Positions 1 to 14,129 of a stretch of 64,000 bases of DNA are shown here, in pieces. How positions within the stretch are numbered: the stretch's first letter is position 1; each line of letters starts with the position of its first letter. The notes beneath the pieces were generated by a model, which saw only the letters and a program-made list of their open reading frames with translations, was not told where the DNA came from and did no database searches. Made by a program: the position numbers and the translations under genes. Source of the stretch: Octopus vulgaris (taxonomy: Eukaryota); contig OX597843.1 in assembly GCA_951406725.2 (NCBI GenBank), forward strand, positions 6,572,001 through 6,636,000. The letters are read 5' to 3'.

Positions 1-147
1 GGGATCACCACCATCCCCTGCTGGAGCCTCGTGGAGCTTTAGGTGTTTTCGCTCAATAAACACTCACAACGCCCGGTCTGGGAATCGAAACTGCGATCCT
101 ATGACTGCGAGTCCGCTGCCCTAACCACTGGGCCATTGCGCCTCCAA
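1..147 (-). mobile_element. tRNA-derived SINE family D head; opposite-orientation copy at 380-707, related copy at 40135-40430 in defensin intron 2
   Basis: Minus strand reads TGGCCCAGTGGTTAGGGCAGCGGACTCGCAGTC...GTTTCGATTCCCAGACCGGGCG (A and B boxes). Confidence 0.8.
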
Positions 148-1479
148 AGTGGATTTGGTAGACAGAAACTGAAAGAAGCCAGTCGTGTTAGGTGCAGGTA
201 TAGCTATGTGGTAAGAAGCTTGTTTCCTAAACACGACTGTGGAAAATTCTACGGCAAACAAGACGTTCTCCCAACAGGGATATTCTTGCAGCTAGGGACC
301 ACTTGCGGCTGGGGACCGATAGGGAACTTCCTATTCCCAAGATCCTTCAAACATCCCTCATGTAATAGATAATAATTGTTGATTCCCAGACCGGGCGTTG
401 TGAGTGTTTATTGAGCGAAAACACCTAAAAGCTCCACGAGGGTCCGGCAGGGGATGGTGGTGATCCCTGCTGTACTCTTTCACCACAACTTTCTCCCACT
501 CTTACTTCCTGTTTCTGTTGTACCTGTATTTCAAAGGGCCGGCCTTGTCACTCTCTGTGTCACGCTGAATATCCCCAAGAACTACGTTAAGGGTACACGT
601 GTCTGTGGAGTGCTCAGCCACTAACACGTTAATTTCACGAGCAGGCTGTTCCGTTGATTCGGATCAACCGGAACCCTCGTCGTCGTAACCAACGGAGTGC
701 TTCCATGACCAATAATTGTCGTCTATTACTTTCCTTGGAAACAGGTGAGGATTGGTGACAGGAAGAGCATCTGGCTGGGGGGAAATTTCATCTCAACAAA
801 TATCTGTTGGACCGACTGACCGATGCAAGCCTGGGAAAGTGGACATTGAGCGATGATGATGATGATGTGCTTGTGGTTGAAACGGTTTTGACCATAGATC
901 TACCAAACCAAGGACTAAATGACCAGGACAGAATGACATCATTAGTGACCAGAAGAGTGGGGGAGGGGAGGAAAAAGATTACATAATCAGGCAGGAGAGC
1001 TTGAGGACACACAGACATGAGAGGGAAAATTGATGATAACAGCGATGATGATGATGATGTATGTCTGGTTTCAAACAGGTTAAGCACGTTGGTAGTTAAT
1101 AGAGAGACGGAGTGTGAGTGAGGGAGTGAGTGAAGGAATGAGTGAGTGAATGAGTGTAATCGAATGTGAGTGAAAAAGTGAATGAGTGAATGTGTGTGAG
1201 AGAGAGCGAGAGAGAGAATGTGTGTGTGTGTGTGTGTGTGTGTAGCTGACAGGAAATAGCTCAATGAGGTCATTTAATGCACGATTGCTTCCCAGCTATT
1301 TGATCTCTGTTAAACTCAATTGCTAAAGGTACAAGGACGTCCAGCCGAAAAGGTCAAATCAAGAACACACCCCACCAAAAAAAGAAAAGAAAAGAAAAGA
1401 AAAAAAAAACAAGAACCGGGAGTAGGGAGAAAAGCAAACAAGAAGGGACAGAGACATTCTGGACCAATTGCAAAGTGAG

Positions 1480-1660
1480 AAACCTGTAGCGAGTGAGCCA
1501 TTCGTGGTTCCGTCTGCGCAGACCAACCACCTGTGGACCTGAGAGTTTGGAGAGGTCCTCCTTTACCGTCGTTGCCCAGGTCTTCAGCTGCCTGCCCGTG
1601 CATTTGTGCCAACTGGGGAGTGGAAGTGGAAGGAGGACATCGCGAAGCAGCTCACCCTAA
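1480..1660 (-). mobile_element. RTE-clade LINE 3' fragment
   Basis: Translates to ELLRDVLLPLPLPSWHKCTGRQLKTWATTVKEDLSKLSGPQVVGLRRRNHEWL, resembling the RTE ORF C-terminus. Confidence 0.75.
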
Positions 1661-3268
1661 CCCTGACCGTCTAGGAGTGTGGTAACTCCAAAAATAAAAA
1701 CTGGTTGAGAGCAAAGGGGACATTTTTATTTTTTGTCCCATCAAAGACATATATACACAGAACCAACAGCCCTATATGCAGCCCACCCAGGAATAAGATA
1801 TATATATATGCAAAACAATTAAGATTCAAATGAATTCCAATGAATTCAAATGAATATGGTACTTAACTTAGATGCCCCAAGATTCTTTATGGTATTAACC
1901 ATAAAATAATGTGGGGTGATTATAACCAAGAAAAAAGTAACAAGAATGGATTAGTAGATTAGTATAAATCCTTATATATATATAAGACTTGTTCTATTTA
2001 TATTCCTGACCGCCATACTAATACAATTGTTTGTTTGTATTCCACCTGCCTTCGTCTTTTGTTTATTTCCGTAAACTTGCCTTCGTCTTTTGTCTATTTT
2101 CATAAAGCTTCCCGTTATATATATATATATATAAGGATAAAGGTCCTTCCCGAGATGGTTTCCAGGTTTCTCTGGAGAATATCCTCCTTCCCTGGATGGG
2201 GCGCTAATCTGTCTCAGGGTTACTAACTTTTACCCGCTGAATGAAGTGGAACAATGCAAAATGAAGTGTTTTGCTCAAGAGCACAACACGAAAGCCTGGT
2301 TCAGGAATTGAAACCACAATTTTACGATCATGAGTCTAACACCCCTAACCACTAAACCACGGTAACTCCAAAAATGTGGTCAGAGCAAAGAAGATTTTTT
2401 TTTTGTGCGTGTGTTCAGTCACGGATAAATTGAACTGCACCAGAGACAATGGTGTCTGGGAGTGTAGTAACTCCAAAAATTAAAAGAAAAAAAACCTGTT
2501 GCAGATGAAGAAGTCCATAGTAACAAAGATGACGGGTTTTCTCTTCTGTTGATGTGTGACAAAAAAATGAAGGGCCACAATGAATAGGGAGATTATGGGA
2601 GACCTATTCACTCTGTACCAACATTGAAGAGCTGACAGAAAACGATTATGATGACAGAGGGAACCTTGTATGTGGGAGTTTAAAATACTGCAAATAACAG
2701 ACAAATTCCCACAAATCACATCATACCAGCTTTAAATAACATGAAGGGCACATGGCAGGGCCCTAAAAATACGTAAAATGATAGAAAGGTCATAGCTTGA
2801 AGGTACTACTGTAAGTCTGCTGTATCACAGGTGACAGAGTTAAAACAAGGAAGGGCACATTAGATAATGTAATCCGAGATACACTGTGTCCGAATAAAAG
2901 ACAGGATGGTCACAGCTGGAATGTCTGATCATAGGTCTTGATAACAACAAGGAAGTAGACTCCCGTAAACAACACGGCACATTTGCAAACAACATAGGCA
3001 CACACATGTAGCATCAACAAACATCAGACACCTGCAACATGTTGCATCTGCAAACTTCACAGGGGCACAGACTGGAGACATTGCATCTGCAAACATCAGA
3101 GGCATGCGCACATGTGCAACCAAGCAGATTGCACCCACAAGCATCTGATGCACATACACAAAATGTTGCATCTGCAAAAATTCACAGGTACGTGCAACCA
3201 GCATGCTGTAAGTGCAAATACTGCAGGAACACACACAGCACCTTCAAAAATCATGCATGTGCAACCAA

Positions 3269-3690
3269 AGGAGTGGCTGTGTGGTAAGTAGCTTGCTTAC
3301 GAACCACGTGGTTCCAGGTTCAGTCCCACAGCGTGGCATCTTGGGCAACAGTCTTCTACTATAGCCTCGGGCCGACCAAAGCCTTGTGAGTGGATTTGGT
3401 AGATGGAAACTGAAAGAAGCCCGTCGTATATATATGTATGTATATATATATATATACATACATATGTGTGTGTATGTTTGTGTGTCTGTGTTTGTCCCCC
3501 TAGCATTGCTTGACAACCGATGCTGGTGTGTTTACGTCCCCGTAATTTAGTGGTTCGGCAAAAGAGACCCAATCGAATAAGTACTGGGCTTACAAAGAAT
3601 AAGTCCTGGGGGTCGATTTGCTCGACTAAAGGCGGTGCTCCAGCATGGCCACAGTCACATGACTGAAACAAGTAAAAGAGTAAAAAAGAG
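3269..3690 (+). mobile_element. tRNA-derived SINE family A, full copy (most abundant family; over 20 copies or fragments)
   Basis: A-box-like TGGCTGTGTGG, B-box-like GGTTCAGTCCC, internal (TA/TG)n tract, tail ...GACTGAAACAAGTAAAAGAGTAAAA. Confidence 0.9.
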
Positions 3691-4586
3691 TATATACACA
3701 CATTGCAGGTGCAAACACACACACACACACAGCAGCCTCAAAAGTTACGCATGCACAACCAAGTCATCGCATATCTGCAAACTTCACAGACACCCCCACA
3801 CACAGAGCTTCCTCAAAATCCACACACGCACATCCAAAAGACTGCATACATATCCGCAAACACTGCAGGCACACACACACAACCACAGCTTCACTTTTCC
3901 CTCCCTGACACCCACCGCCAAACCCAGGAAGTGGTTTAGTAAACTAACAGAGAGGGTAAGCTAAAATTAAATTGAACTATAAAAAAAAATATATAACGGC
4001 CCATGACCCAATTTCTGAGGTATCTGGGACGGACGTTATCTAATGCATCCATCATCTTAAATAATTTTTAAAAATATTTTTGGAAGCTGCTCTCAATAGT
4101 TTCTACAATAATACCATATAGGCGTAGGAGTGGCTGTGTGGTAAGTAACTTGCTAACCAACCACATGGTTTCTGCGGGTTGGGCAGTGTTTTCTACTATA
4201 GCCTTGTGAGGATTTGTAGATGGAAACTGAAAGAAGCCCATCATATATATCTATATAGACGTAGGAGTGGCTGTGTGGTAAGTATCTTGCTTACGAACCA
4301 CATGGTTCTGGTTCACCCACTGGTGGCACCTGGCAGTCTACTATAGCCTCAGGCCGACCAAAGCCTTGTGAGTGGATTTGGTAGACGGAAACTGAAAGAA
4401 GCTGGTCATATATATATATATATATATATATACTTTATTTAAAGCAGCAGAAAATTCAACAAAACCTGTTACTCTGAGTTTCACATTCCCATTCGTCGGA
4501 CAGAAAGTGTCTTCTACTATAGCCTTGGGCCGACCAAAGCATTGTGAGTGAATTTCGTAGACGGAAACTGAAAGAAGCCTGTCGTA

Positions 4587-4636
<50 letters not shown>

Positions 4637-6116
4637 TGTGTGTGTATGTGTTTGTCCCCCTAGCATTGCTTGACAACCAATGCTGGTGTGTTTACATCCC
4701 CGTAACTTAGTGGTTCGGCAGAAGGGAGCGATGGAATAAGTACTAGGCTCACAAAGAATAGGTCCTGGGGTCGATATGCTCGACTAAAGGCGGTGCTGAA
4801 GCATGGCCGCAGTCAAAAGACCGAAACAAGTAAAAGAGTAAAAGAGAGTGAGTGAAGAGCTAATTTATGTTCTGTACACCAGATTAATTAATTAATTAGT
4901 GACAAAGTTAATTTACTAAATTCTTCGTTATTTTCAAAACCATCCAAAACAAAGGCAGGGAGTCTCGACAGATATTAGCCCATCAAAAAAGGGTTAATTA
5001 AGGAGGAAATGAAAATAGCTGTGGGGGTGGGGCAAGAAATTAAATAATTAAAAAATTAAAATAAAAGCTCTCAAAACCTTATTTTAACGAAAGAAGACAG
5101 ACTTGTCCACCGTGCCCACCCATTTCCCACCCCTGTATTCAATCTCCATGGCGCCCTGCCCTCTTACGAGACACACAATAGACAATAGGGTAATGATTAG
5201 AGGAAGAATTTGACTTATTTCTAGCAGGTGGAGCTACCAAACCACAGACTTCACTGCATCAACGTCAATTCTGCTAGTAGTAGTAGTCATAGTAGTCGTA
5301 GGGTGATGATAGTAGTAGTGATGGTTGTGGTAGTGGTAGTGGTGGTATCATTAATGAATGATGTTTGTAGTAGTAGTAGTAGTAGCAGCAGTAGTAGTAG
5401 CAGTAGTAGTAGTAGTAATAGCAGCAGCAGCAGCAGTAGTTATATAACAGATGGCGTAATACAAGCTAGGGCAGTGGTAGTGCTGACGGTGGTAGTAGCA
5501 ATAATAATACTAATAATACTAGTAGTAGTAGTAGCAGCAGTAGTCGCAGTAGCCACGGCAGCAGCGGTTCCATCCATCCTTTCACTTATAGAGTTTTTAG
5601 TGTTTTTTGCCTAAGCTAAAAAAGCAAACAAACATTTCTTTCGCGAAGTCAGCAATAAAAACAAAAACTGGCAACGAAGAAGAAGACCTGGGAACCAAGA
5701 ACAAGAAGAACAAGAAGAAGAAGAAGAAGAAGAACACCCGGCTGTCTGAGATGCCAGACATATTTCAGTCAGTCACCTGACTACAACAAGACAGATGGGA
5801 AAAAGGGGGTGGCGAGGATGGAGGTGGAGGTGTGATGGTGGGGGGTGGGGTGAGGAATGGAGTTGCATGGCATTCTGTTACTCTTTTACACTTGTTTCAG
5901 TCATTTGGCTGCAGCCATGCTGGAGCACCGCCTGTTTTTTGTCGAGCATATCGACCCCCCCCCCCCCCAGGAATTATTCTTTGTAAAGCCTAGGATACTT
6001 ATTCTATCGGGTCACTTTTGCCGAACTGCTACGTTATGGGGGGACGTAAACACACCAGCATCGGTTGTCAATCGATGTTGGGTAGGGGGGACAAACACAC
6101 ACACATATATATATAC

Positions 6117-6517
6117 TCTTTTACTTGTTTCAGTCATTTGACTGCGGCCATGCTGGAGCACCGCCTTTAATCGAGCAACTCGACCCCGGGACTTATTCTT
6201 TTGTAAGCGTAGTACTTATTCTATCGGTCTCTTTTGCCGAATCGCTAAGTGACGGGGCCATAAACACACCAGCATCGGTTGTCAGGCAATGCTAGGGGGA
6301 CAAACACAGACACACAAACACACACATACATATATATATATGCATACATATATACGACTGGCTTCATTCAGTTTCCGTCTACCAAATCCAATCACAAGGC
6401 TTTGGTCAGCCTGGGGCTATAGCAGAAGACACTTGCCCAAGGTGCCACGCAGTGGGACTGAACCAGGAATCATGTAGTTGGTTAGCAAGCTACTTACCAC
6501 ACAGCCACTCCTGCGCC
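6117..6517 (-). mobile_element. SINE family A, full copy
   Basis: Reverse complement of the 3269-3690 element. Confidence 0.9.
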
Positions 6518-9507
6518 TTATTATTATCATTACTATAATTCTGAGTTCAAATTTCACTGAGGTCAACTGTACTTTTCATCCGTTCGGGGGTTGATAAAAT
6601 AAGTACCAGTTGAACACTGGGGTCGATATAATCAATTTACTCCTCACTCAAAATTTCAGGCCCTGTGCCTACAGGGGACAGAATTATCATCATCATCATC
6701 ATCATCATTGAAAGCAGCAAGTTGGCAGAACTGTTAGCATTGCCAGGCAAGTTGCTTAGAGGCATTTTGGTTATCTTTGCATTCTGGGTTCAAATTCCAG
6801 TAAGGTCAACTTTGCCTTTTATCCTTTCAGGGTCAATAAAATAAGACCTAGTGGAGCACTGGGGACTGATGTAACTGACTAGCCCCATCTCACAAAATTC
6901 CAGAGGTTGTGCCCTCAGTAGAAAGGCTTATTATTATTATTATTATTATTGATATTATTATTATTATTTAATCTTTGTCTTCCTTTAAAACCCAGGCTTC
7001 TTGTCTCCGACAGCTCTTGGTCTCCTTTGAAAGGGAATGAATGAATGAATGAATGAAGTTATTACTGTTAAGTAGATTAATTTTGGAGGGGAGGGGCTGC
7101 TGCTAAAGGTGGGGGTGGAGTGAGGGTGGAGGGTAGCTGTGACAGAAAATGGAAGAAAGAGGTGTGAAGTGAAAGAGACATTACGGTGAAATCGGATGAT
7201 GAAAGGGGTCGATGGATGCTAAGACAGCTTATGATGCGGATGTGTGCATGCGTGTGCACACATATGCACAGCTACATACGTGTGTGTGCACACACTGTAC
7301 ACACAGACGGGAATAATATATATATATGTGTGTGTGCACATACATACATAGACACAGACATGTATAATAATACATATACAGATATATACATATGTATACA
7401 CACATACACACACACAAATAATATATGTGCAAATACACACACAGATACACACGCACACACATATGCATACACACATATATATACACATGCGCACACATAT
7501 GCATACACACACACACACAAATAATATATGTGCATACACACACACACACACATATATACACATGCACACACATATGCATACACATGCACACACATATGCA
7601 TACACACATGCACATAAACAGATATATATATGCACATACACACACACATGCATACACACACACATGCACACACACAGAGACACAAACATATATGCACATA
7701 CACACACAATCCTAGAATAAGGTTTATAGTATGAAAGAAGGGGTCAGACAAGCAGAAGTGGGGTCAGCTCCAAGCAATATTAAACTTTTTGTTCCCAGTA
7801 GTTCTCTTGAAACACAATGCCTTCAGTTTTAATTAATTTCGAAAATAACGAAGCACTTGCCAATTAATCTGTTGTTTGGAACATTAAATTAACGAAGTTT
7901 TAATGAAAGGGTTTTCTTTTCAGTCCTGTAAAGCAATTTGTTTCATAGGACCAGTGGGGGGTGGTCTCAGATGGATTGATATCAAGAGGGTTAAGACAAA
8001 TATGATGGAACCTCAATCAGACAATTTGGATATTTTTGTGTCCTTATATTTTCGAACAGGGGTTAGTATTGTAGAGCCAGGCAGGATCTCCGCACACAGG
8101 TTCGATCAAACCCCTAGTCTCTTTGGATTAGCCTTTAAGTGGCTGAGTACCTCTCAGGCATGTATCTATGATAAAACAAAATCCAAAAGGAAAAGAAAAT
8201 AATCCTGTGGTGGGATTGAACCCAGAAATGGAAGACTGTAGCGCTAACTCCTTAACCACACCACCACACTAGTACAAAACACTTAATCTTTAGAAGAGAG
8301 AGAGGTGATGATGTTAATCCAAGCTAATCGGATTAGCTCATCACGAGATCTAATTAGCCTCAAGACAGGGGAGTGAGCCAGCAATCTGACAGGGGAGGTT
8401 AGGGGTCAACCAACAAGATCTTCCGTTGCCATGTTGTAGTTGTCAAGAACAGAGCAGGGTAAGGTGTAGGGGACAGGGCAAGGTGTTGGGGAGAGGACAC
8501 GGCGTCAGGGAGAGGGCAGAGTAATTAGGTAACAAGCTTGTGTTGATGATGCTAACGATGCATGTCAGCAGGTCTATCTACACTGCAGTTATCTCTCAGT
8601 CATCTGACTGCAGCCATGCTGGAGCAACACATTGAATTTTTAGTCAAATGAATCGTCCCACCCCCCAGTACTTTTATCCTGTCTTTTTTTTTTTCAAGCC
8701 CGGTACTTATTTTATTGGTCTCTTTTGCTGAACTGCTAAGTTACAGGCACATCAACATACCAACACTAGTCAAGAAGGGGGGGGGGGACAAAGGCACATG
8801 TGACGGGTTTCTTTCAGTTTCTGTAAACCAAATCCGCGCTGTCGCCACGCAACGAGGCACCCACACTGGCACCACGATCGAGGCAACCGCGCTGGCTTCA
8901 CACGAGACACCCGCACTGGCGTCACACATGAGGCACCTGGGCTGGTTCCACTAAAAAGCACCCATGCTCATGCCACGCAAAAAGTACCCCATACACTCTG
9001 CAAAGTGGTTGGCATTAGGAAGGGCATCCAACAGTCACAGGACCCATGCCAAGGGACAACAGAACCCTGGTGCAGCTCCCTTGCTGGGCAACACCTGTCT
9101 GACCATCCGATCCCTTTCAGCATGGGGGACAGACATTAAACGATGACGTTACACACACACACAAACATATAGACTGAATATTCAAATGTCATCAGCCTGT
9201 TGTGTGTACGCAAGCCAGTCAGACTTAGATTCCAGCCAACAGAGTAGAGAGTATTTAATAAAATATACACCCACTTCACGACACATGAAGCTAATTATTA
9301 TTTACACAGGGACACATGACTTTAAACACCCTTCAAACACTACACACAAATTGGTATGTTTAACACTTAAATTATAGATGTTATCAACATCATCATTATT
9401 ACGTTCTGACAATAACAGACACATGACCACTGTATGTGTTTATGTGTGTGTGTATATGTATGCACACACCAAGCTTCAACTAGATAACTTTACAAGATAT
9501 ATATATA

Positions 9508-9912
9508 TATAATAGCAGTATAGCCCGGCATTGCTCGGGTTTGTTTTCTTTTCGACCCTTTAGAAGTGGAATTTTTGGAAAGTAAAAATTTTGCATTCTG
9601 TAGCTTGTTATTCTCTTTAAGTGAACATTTTTCTGGTTGAAATACACCGAAAAATGGTGACACAGCAGTAAAAACATCGTTAAAAATATAGGGATTTTCA
9701 TAGAAAACAAGCACCTTTTTGATGTAAATAATTTTTGGTGTTAACATGGTCCAATTTGAATTTTTTTTCTTCTACGGAAGGAAGAGCAAGCCTTCTTCTA
9801 TCATACTCTCAATTTTGGTCAACTTGTGCCGCAGGGTCTCGGAGGAGACAGTGTTAGTTGAAGGCTACCAAACCTGCCATACACAGACAACTTCGGCTTT
9901 ATATAGAGAGAT
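9508..9912 (-). mobile_element. Non-autonomous Helitron-like element
   Basis: Minus strand starts TCTCTCTATATAAAG and ends with the hairpin-like CCCGAGCAATGCCGGG near the 3' end; same end motif as 22892-23186. Confidence 0.65.
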
Positions 9913-11790
9913 TTATAAATTATCCTCCATGTTAAGTTAGTTTAATCGTGATACATCACTCGAGTTGGGTGCTAGGCATAACAGCTACTTAAAGGAAGGG
10001 GCTACGAAAAAGAAAAAAAAAAAAAATTAAGAACCCTTGATTTAGACTAAGGGAGCACCTACCCTGACTGATGCTGAGAAGGAAAGGACATGGGAATGTT
10101 ATTAAGCGAGTCAACAGAGGGGATTGCACACAAGGAAGGGAGAGAGAGAAGGGACTACTTGACAAAGGGACCAGCTACTGATGTTAACAGCTATAAGCCT
10201 GAAAATGCAATTAAGGATGTGAAGAAAGAGAAAGCAGCTGTTTTAACAGGGGCAGTCATTAACCCTTCTGTTACTATATTTCTGGGGAGATGTACAGCCT
10301 TTGTTTCATCATCAACGTTTAACAGTATTCCTTAAATACAGAGATCCCTAAAAACTAACCCTAACCCTACGGGACCTCTGTATTTAAGCAGAGCCCATTT
10401 AACATCCATTTTCCATGCTGGTATGGGTTGGACAGCTTAACAGGAACTGGCAAGGCTAAGGGCCACACCAGGTCCCATGGTCTGTTTTGGCTGGGTTCCT
10501 TGATACCAGCTTCCAGGAATTAGTTTAATATGCAAATTGGTTTACATCATTATTTACATTTGACAGATATTTGTCCTCATCTTGTTTGTTGTTAACACAT
10601 TTCGCGGCCTCGTGCCGGTGGCACGTAAAAAGCACCATCCGTTTGTGGCCATTGCCAGCCTCGCTTGGCCCCCGTGCTGGTGGCACAAAAAAGCACCATC
10701 CGATCGTAGCCGTTTGCCAGACTCGTCTGGCACGTAAAAAGCACCCACTACACTCACGGAGTGGTTGGCGTTAGGAAGGGCATCCAGCTGTAGAAACACT
10801 GCCAGATCAGACTGGGCCTGGTGCAGCCTTCTGGCTTCCCAGACCCCAGTTGCACCGTCCAACCCATGCCAGCATGGAAAGCGGATGCTAAATGATGATG
10901 ATGATGATGATGATAACAGCAACTTAAAGGAAGGCTGGAGGGTATATCAGCTGAAACGTTGTGCTAACAACAAACAAGATGAGGACAAATATCCGTCGAA
11001 TGTGAATAATGTACATAATTCCTCATCTCTTAAATATACCCACGGGTATATGGCGTAGTGGTTAAGAGCATGGGCTACTAACCCCAAGATTCTGAGTTCG
11101 ATTCCAGGCAGTGACCTGAATAATAATAACAATAATATCAAAAAATACCTTAGGAATGAGAACCCAGGTTTGAAATTTCCCAAGACACCTGATGAAGGCT
11201 GGAGGGTATAAAGCCAATAAACAAGATGAGGACAAATATCCGTCAAATGTAAATAATGTCCATAATTCTTCATCTCTTAAATATAGAGCTGTATCATCTA
11301 ATTGGCACGCAGCCGACATTAGACTTCAATGGAGACATAGAGAGAAACTCCATCCAAAACTATCTCATCTTTCAAACCATCCAACTTTCCTGGGTAGACA
11401 TAGAGACTCACCCCAAAACAACCGAGGAAGGCTGGAGGGTAGATCAGCAGAAATGATGTGTTGACAACAAACAAGATGAGGACAAATATCCATCAAATAA
11501 CGTACATAATTCCCCATCTTCCCTAGAAACATCCCAGCATGGCTGCAATCCTGTTGCTGGAACGGGAGATCTAAATTAAAAGTCTTGCATAAAAAATTCC
11601 ATTTTGATTTATGTTCCAAAACCCAAATTAATTGGTGGAGTTATTTTACTAAATTCTTCAATATTTTTAGAATTAGAAGACACTTGTCCAAGGTGGCAGG
11701 CAGTGGGATTGAACCCGGAACCATGTGGTTGGTAAGCAAGCTGCTTACCACACAGCCACCCCTCCGCCTATATATATATATATACACACG

Positions 11791-12020
11791 GTGGCGAGCT
11801 GGCAGAATCGTTAGCACGCCGGGCGAAATGCTTTGCGGTATTTCGTCTGCTGCTACGTTCTGGGTTCAAATTCCGCCGAGGTCGACTTTGCCTTTCATCC
11901 TTTCAGGGTCGATTAAATAAGTACCAGTTACGCAATGGGGTCGATGTAATCGACTTACTCCGTTTGTCTGTCCTTGCTTGTCCCTTCTGTGTGTAGCCCC
12001 TTGTGGGTAGTAAAGAAATA
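11791..12020 (+). mobile_element. SINE family B (Meta-domain-like core); other copies near 6535-6930, 36436-36665, 39624-39855, 49112-49343, 62243-62455
   Basis: GAGCTGGCAGAATCGTTAG head, GTTCAAATTCC B box, core GCCTTTCATCCTTTCGGGGTCGATTAAATAAGTACCAG. Confidence 0.85.
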
Positions 12021-12654
12021 TATATGTATATACACACAAGTATGCACGCACACACATATATATATACACACACACACACACAGTTGTCTATTTCTGTATA
12101 AAGCCATGTATGAATGCATCTAATTACAATGCCAGAAGGAAGAGAGGAGATCTGATGCATCTGGCAGGGCTGTTCAGCGAAACATCAGGCCTTTCCGTTT
12201 CCTCCCAGAAGAACTTTTGCACCTCATCCTGACCTTTCTGGGACGCTTGATAACTGTCGGCACAAAACCATTATTGGTTTCCTCTTTGGAATCTCCTGTT
12301 TCTCTCTAATATGCTATAGTCATCAAGCTACAATATATATATATATATATATAGGAGTGGCTGTGTGGTAAGTAGCTTGCTAACCAACCACATGGTTCTA
12401 AACTGAAAGAAGCCTGTCGTATATATATGTATATATATCTGTGTGTGTGTGTGTTTGTGTGTCTGTGTTTGTCCCCCTACTGTCACTTGACAACCAATGC
12501 TGGTGTGCTTACGTCCTTGTCACTTAGCAGTTCGGCAAAAGAGACCGATAGAATAAGTACTGGGCTTACAAAGAATAAGTCCCAGGGTCGATTTGCTCAA
12601 CTAAAGGTGGTGCTCCAGCATGGCCGCAGTCAAATGACTGAAACAAGTAAAAGA

Positions 12655-12709
<55 letters not shown>

Positions 12710-13065
12710 GGACTCTCCCATCATTAAACGACACATGAGGATTCAGCAATTTCTTGCCAAACAACCACACAAATGATTTGCTTATAGTGATCAAATGTTT
12801 GTGTAGACGTAATCTCACTCCCTCCATCTGATCGACATTACCTGTACAGGTGCAACAGGGTGCCACATGTCAGTGCTTTGCTCAAGAACACAATGCTTGG
12901 TCTGGGAATCGAAACTGCGATCTCATAATATATGTAGAAACACTGCCAGATCAGACTGGGTCTGGCGCAGCCTTCTGGCTTCCCAGACCCCAGTTGAACC
13001 GTCCAACCCATGCTAGCATGGAAAACGGACGTTAAACGATGATGATGATGATATATATATATATA

Positions 13066-13568
13066 CCGTAAATCCTTGAGTATAATCCGCACTTTTCACC
13101 CCAAAATTTAAAGGTCAAAATCCCTAATGCGTACTATATACGAGGTTAAAAATGAAAATTATTTTCTAAGCAATGTCTGAGTCTCTATTTGTTTATTCAG
13201 ACGCATTTTGTGATGTCGGGCTTGAAAATATCTTAAGCTAAGCCTGAAAGCAATGAAGTCATAAAAGAATCATCCATAACTTGCAGTAAGCAACATTTAT
13301 TAAAATAAAAGTATTCAGAACACAGAATAACATGTAACAAAAACAATTTGCAAACATATTTACATTCCCATATAACAGTTAAGAACATCACCATTATTGT
13401 ATGCGAGGAAGCATTTCTTCAACTAGGTGCTGCTGGCTTAATTACGCACGGCTGAAGTTAGAGAAGGGGTGCGTATTATACACAAGGTTTAGGTTTTACA
13501 GAGGTACAGCCCCCTAAAAATCCCCTGCGTATTATACTCAGGAGCAGACTATACTCAAAGATTTATGG
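13066..13568. mobile_element. Tc1/pogo-type MITE, TA-flanked
   Basis: TIRs CCGTAAATCCTTGAGTATAATCCGC / GCAGACTATACTCAAAGATTTATGG; second copy at 21514-22025. Confidence 0.8.
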
Positions 13569-13573
13569 TATAT

Positions 13574-13883
13574 TGGCACATAAAAAGCGCCATCCGAAAG
13601 TGGACGATGCCAGCACCGCCTTGGCTGGCTTCTGTGCCGGTGGCACGTTAAAAGCACCAACCGATCGTGGCCGATGCCAGACACCCCTGGCACCTGTGCA
13701 GGTGGCACGTAAAAAGCACCCACTACACCTTGCGGGAGTGGTTGGCGTTAGGAAGGCATCCAGCTGTAGAAACACTGCCAGATCAGACTGGAGCCTGGTG
13801 CAGCCCCTGGCTTCCCAGACCCCGGTCGGACCGTCCAACCCGTGCTAGCGCGGGAAACGGACGTTAAACGATGATGATGATGA
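13574..13883 (+). mobile_element. SINE-like family C (Deu/Nin-like domain, (GAT)n tail); other copies 10607-10915, 42838-43136, 60285-60716
   Basis: Internal subrepeats GGTGGCACGTAAAAAGCACC, core GTGGTTGGCGTTAGGAAGGGCATCCAGCTGTAGAAAC, tail GGACGTTAAACGATGATGATG. Confidence 0.8.
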
Positions 13884-14095
13884 TATATATATATATTATA
13901 TGGGCTTCTTTTTGAGTCGAGTGTGTGTCAAGGGTTACAATGTATTACAGAGTTAACAAGAAGGTGAGCAGAGAATGAGTCCAGACTAATACTTGATTAT
14001 ACAATTGAAAAGGCGATTTCAGCGGGTGTACGTTTGAGATGAGGAACTATGGAAGAGAGGGATGGTCTACATCTAGTGATGCCAGCAAGTCAGAT

Positions 14096-14129
<34 letters not shown>

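Noticed and set aside
2929-3287. Cys-rich ORFs with ADAT/LHLQTS repeats
   Set aside because: Degenerate ~25-bp tandem repeat (GCATCTGCAAAC), interrupted by a SINE and resuming at about 3700-3870.
5228-5614. ORF with two hydrophobic poly-Val stretches resembling a membrane protein
   Set aside because: Derived from (GTA/GCA)n repeats; starts at GTG with no other support.
7186-7751. Overlapping Cys/Val/Tyr/His-rich ORFs (same for similar ORFs at 25, 30-31, 36-38, 42-44, 47.4 and 63 kb)
   Set aside because: Translations of (CA)n/(TA)n/(TG)n microsatellites; open in most frames.
10331-10390. Telomere-like CTAACCCTAACCCTA
   Set aside because: Only about two units inside a tiny inverted repeat (CTTAAATACAGAG/CTCTGTATTTAAG); not an interstitial telomere array.
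11045-11118. tRNA gene candidate
   Set aside because: A/B boxes are present but the acceptor stem does not close and it is embedded in a repeat; treated as a SINE-like head. The same applies to family A and D heads.
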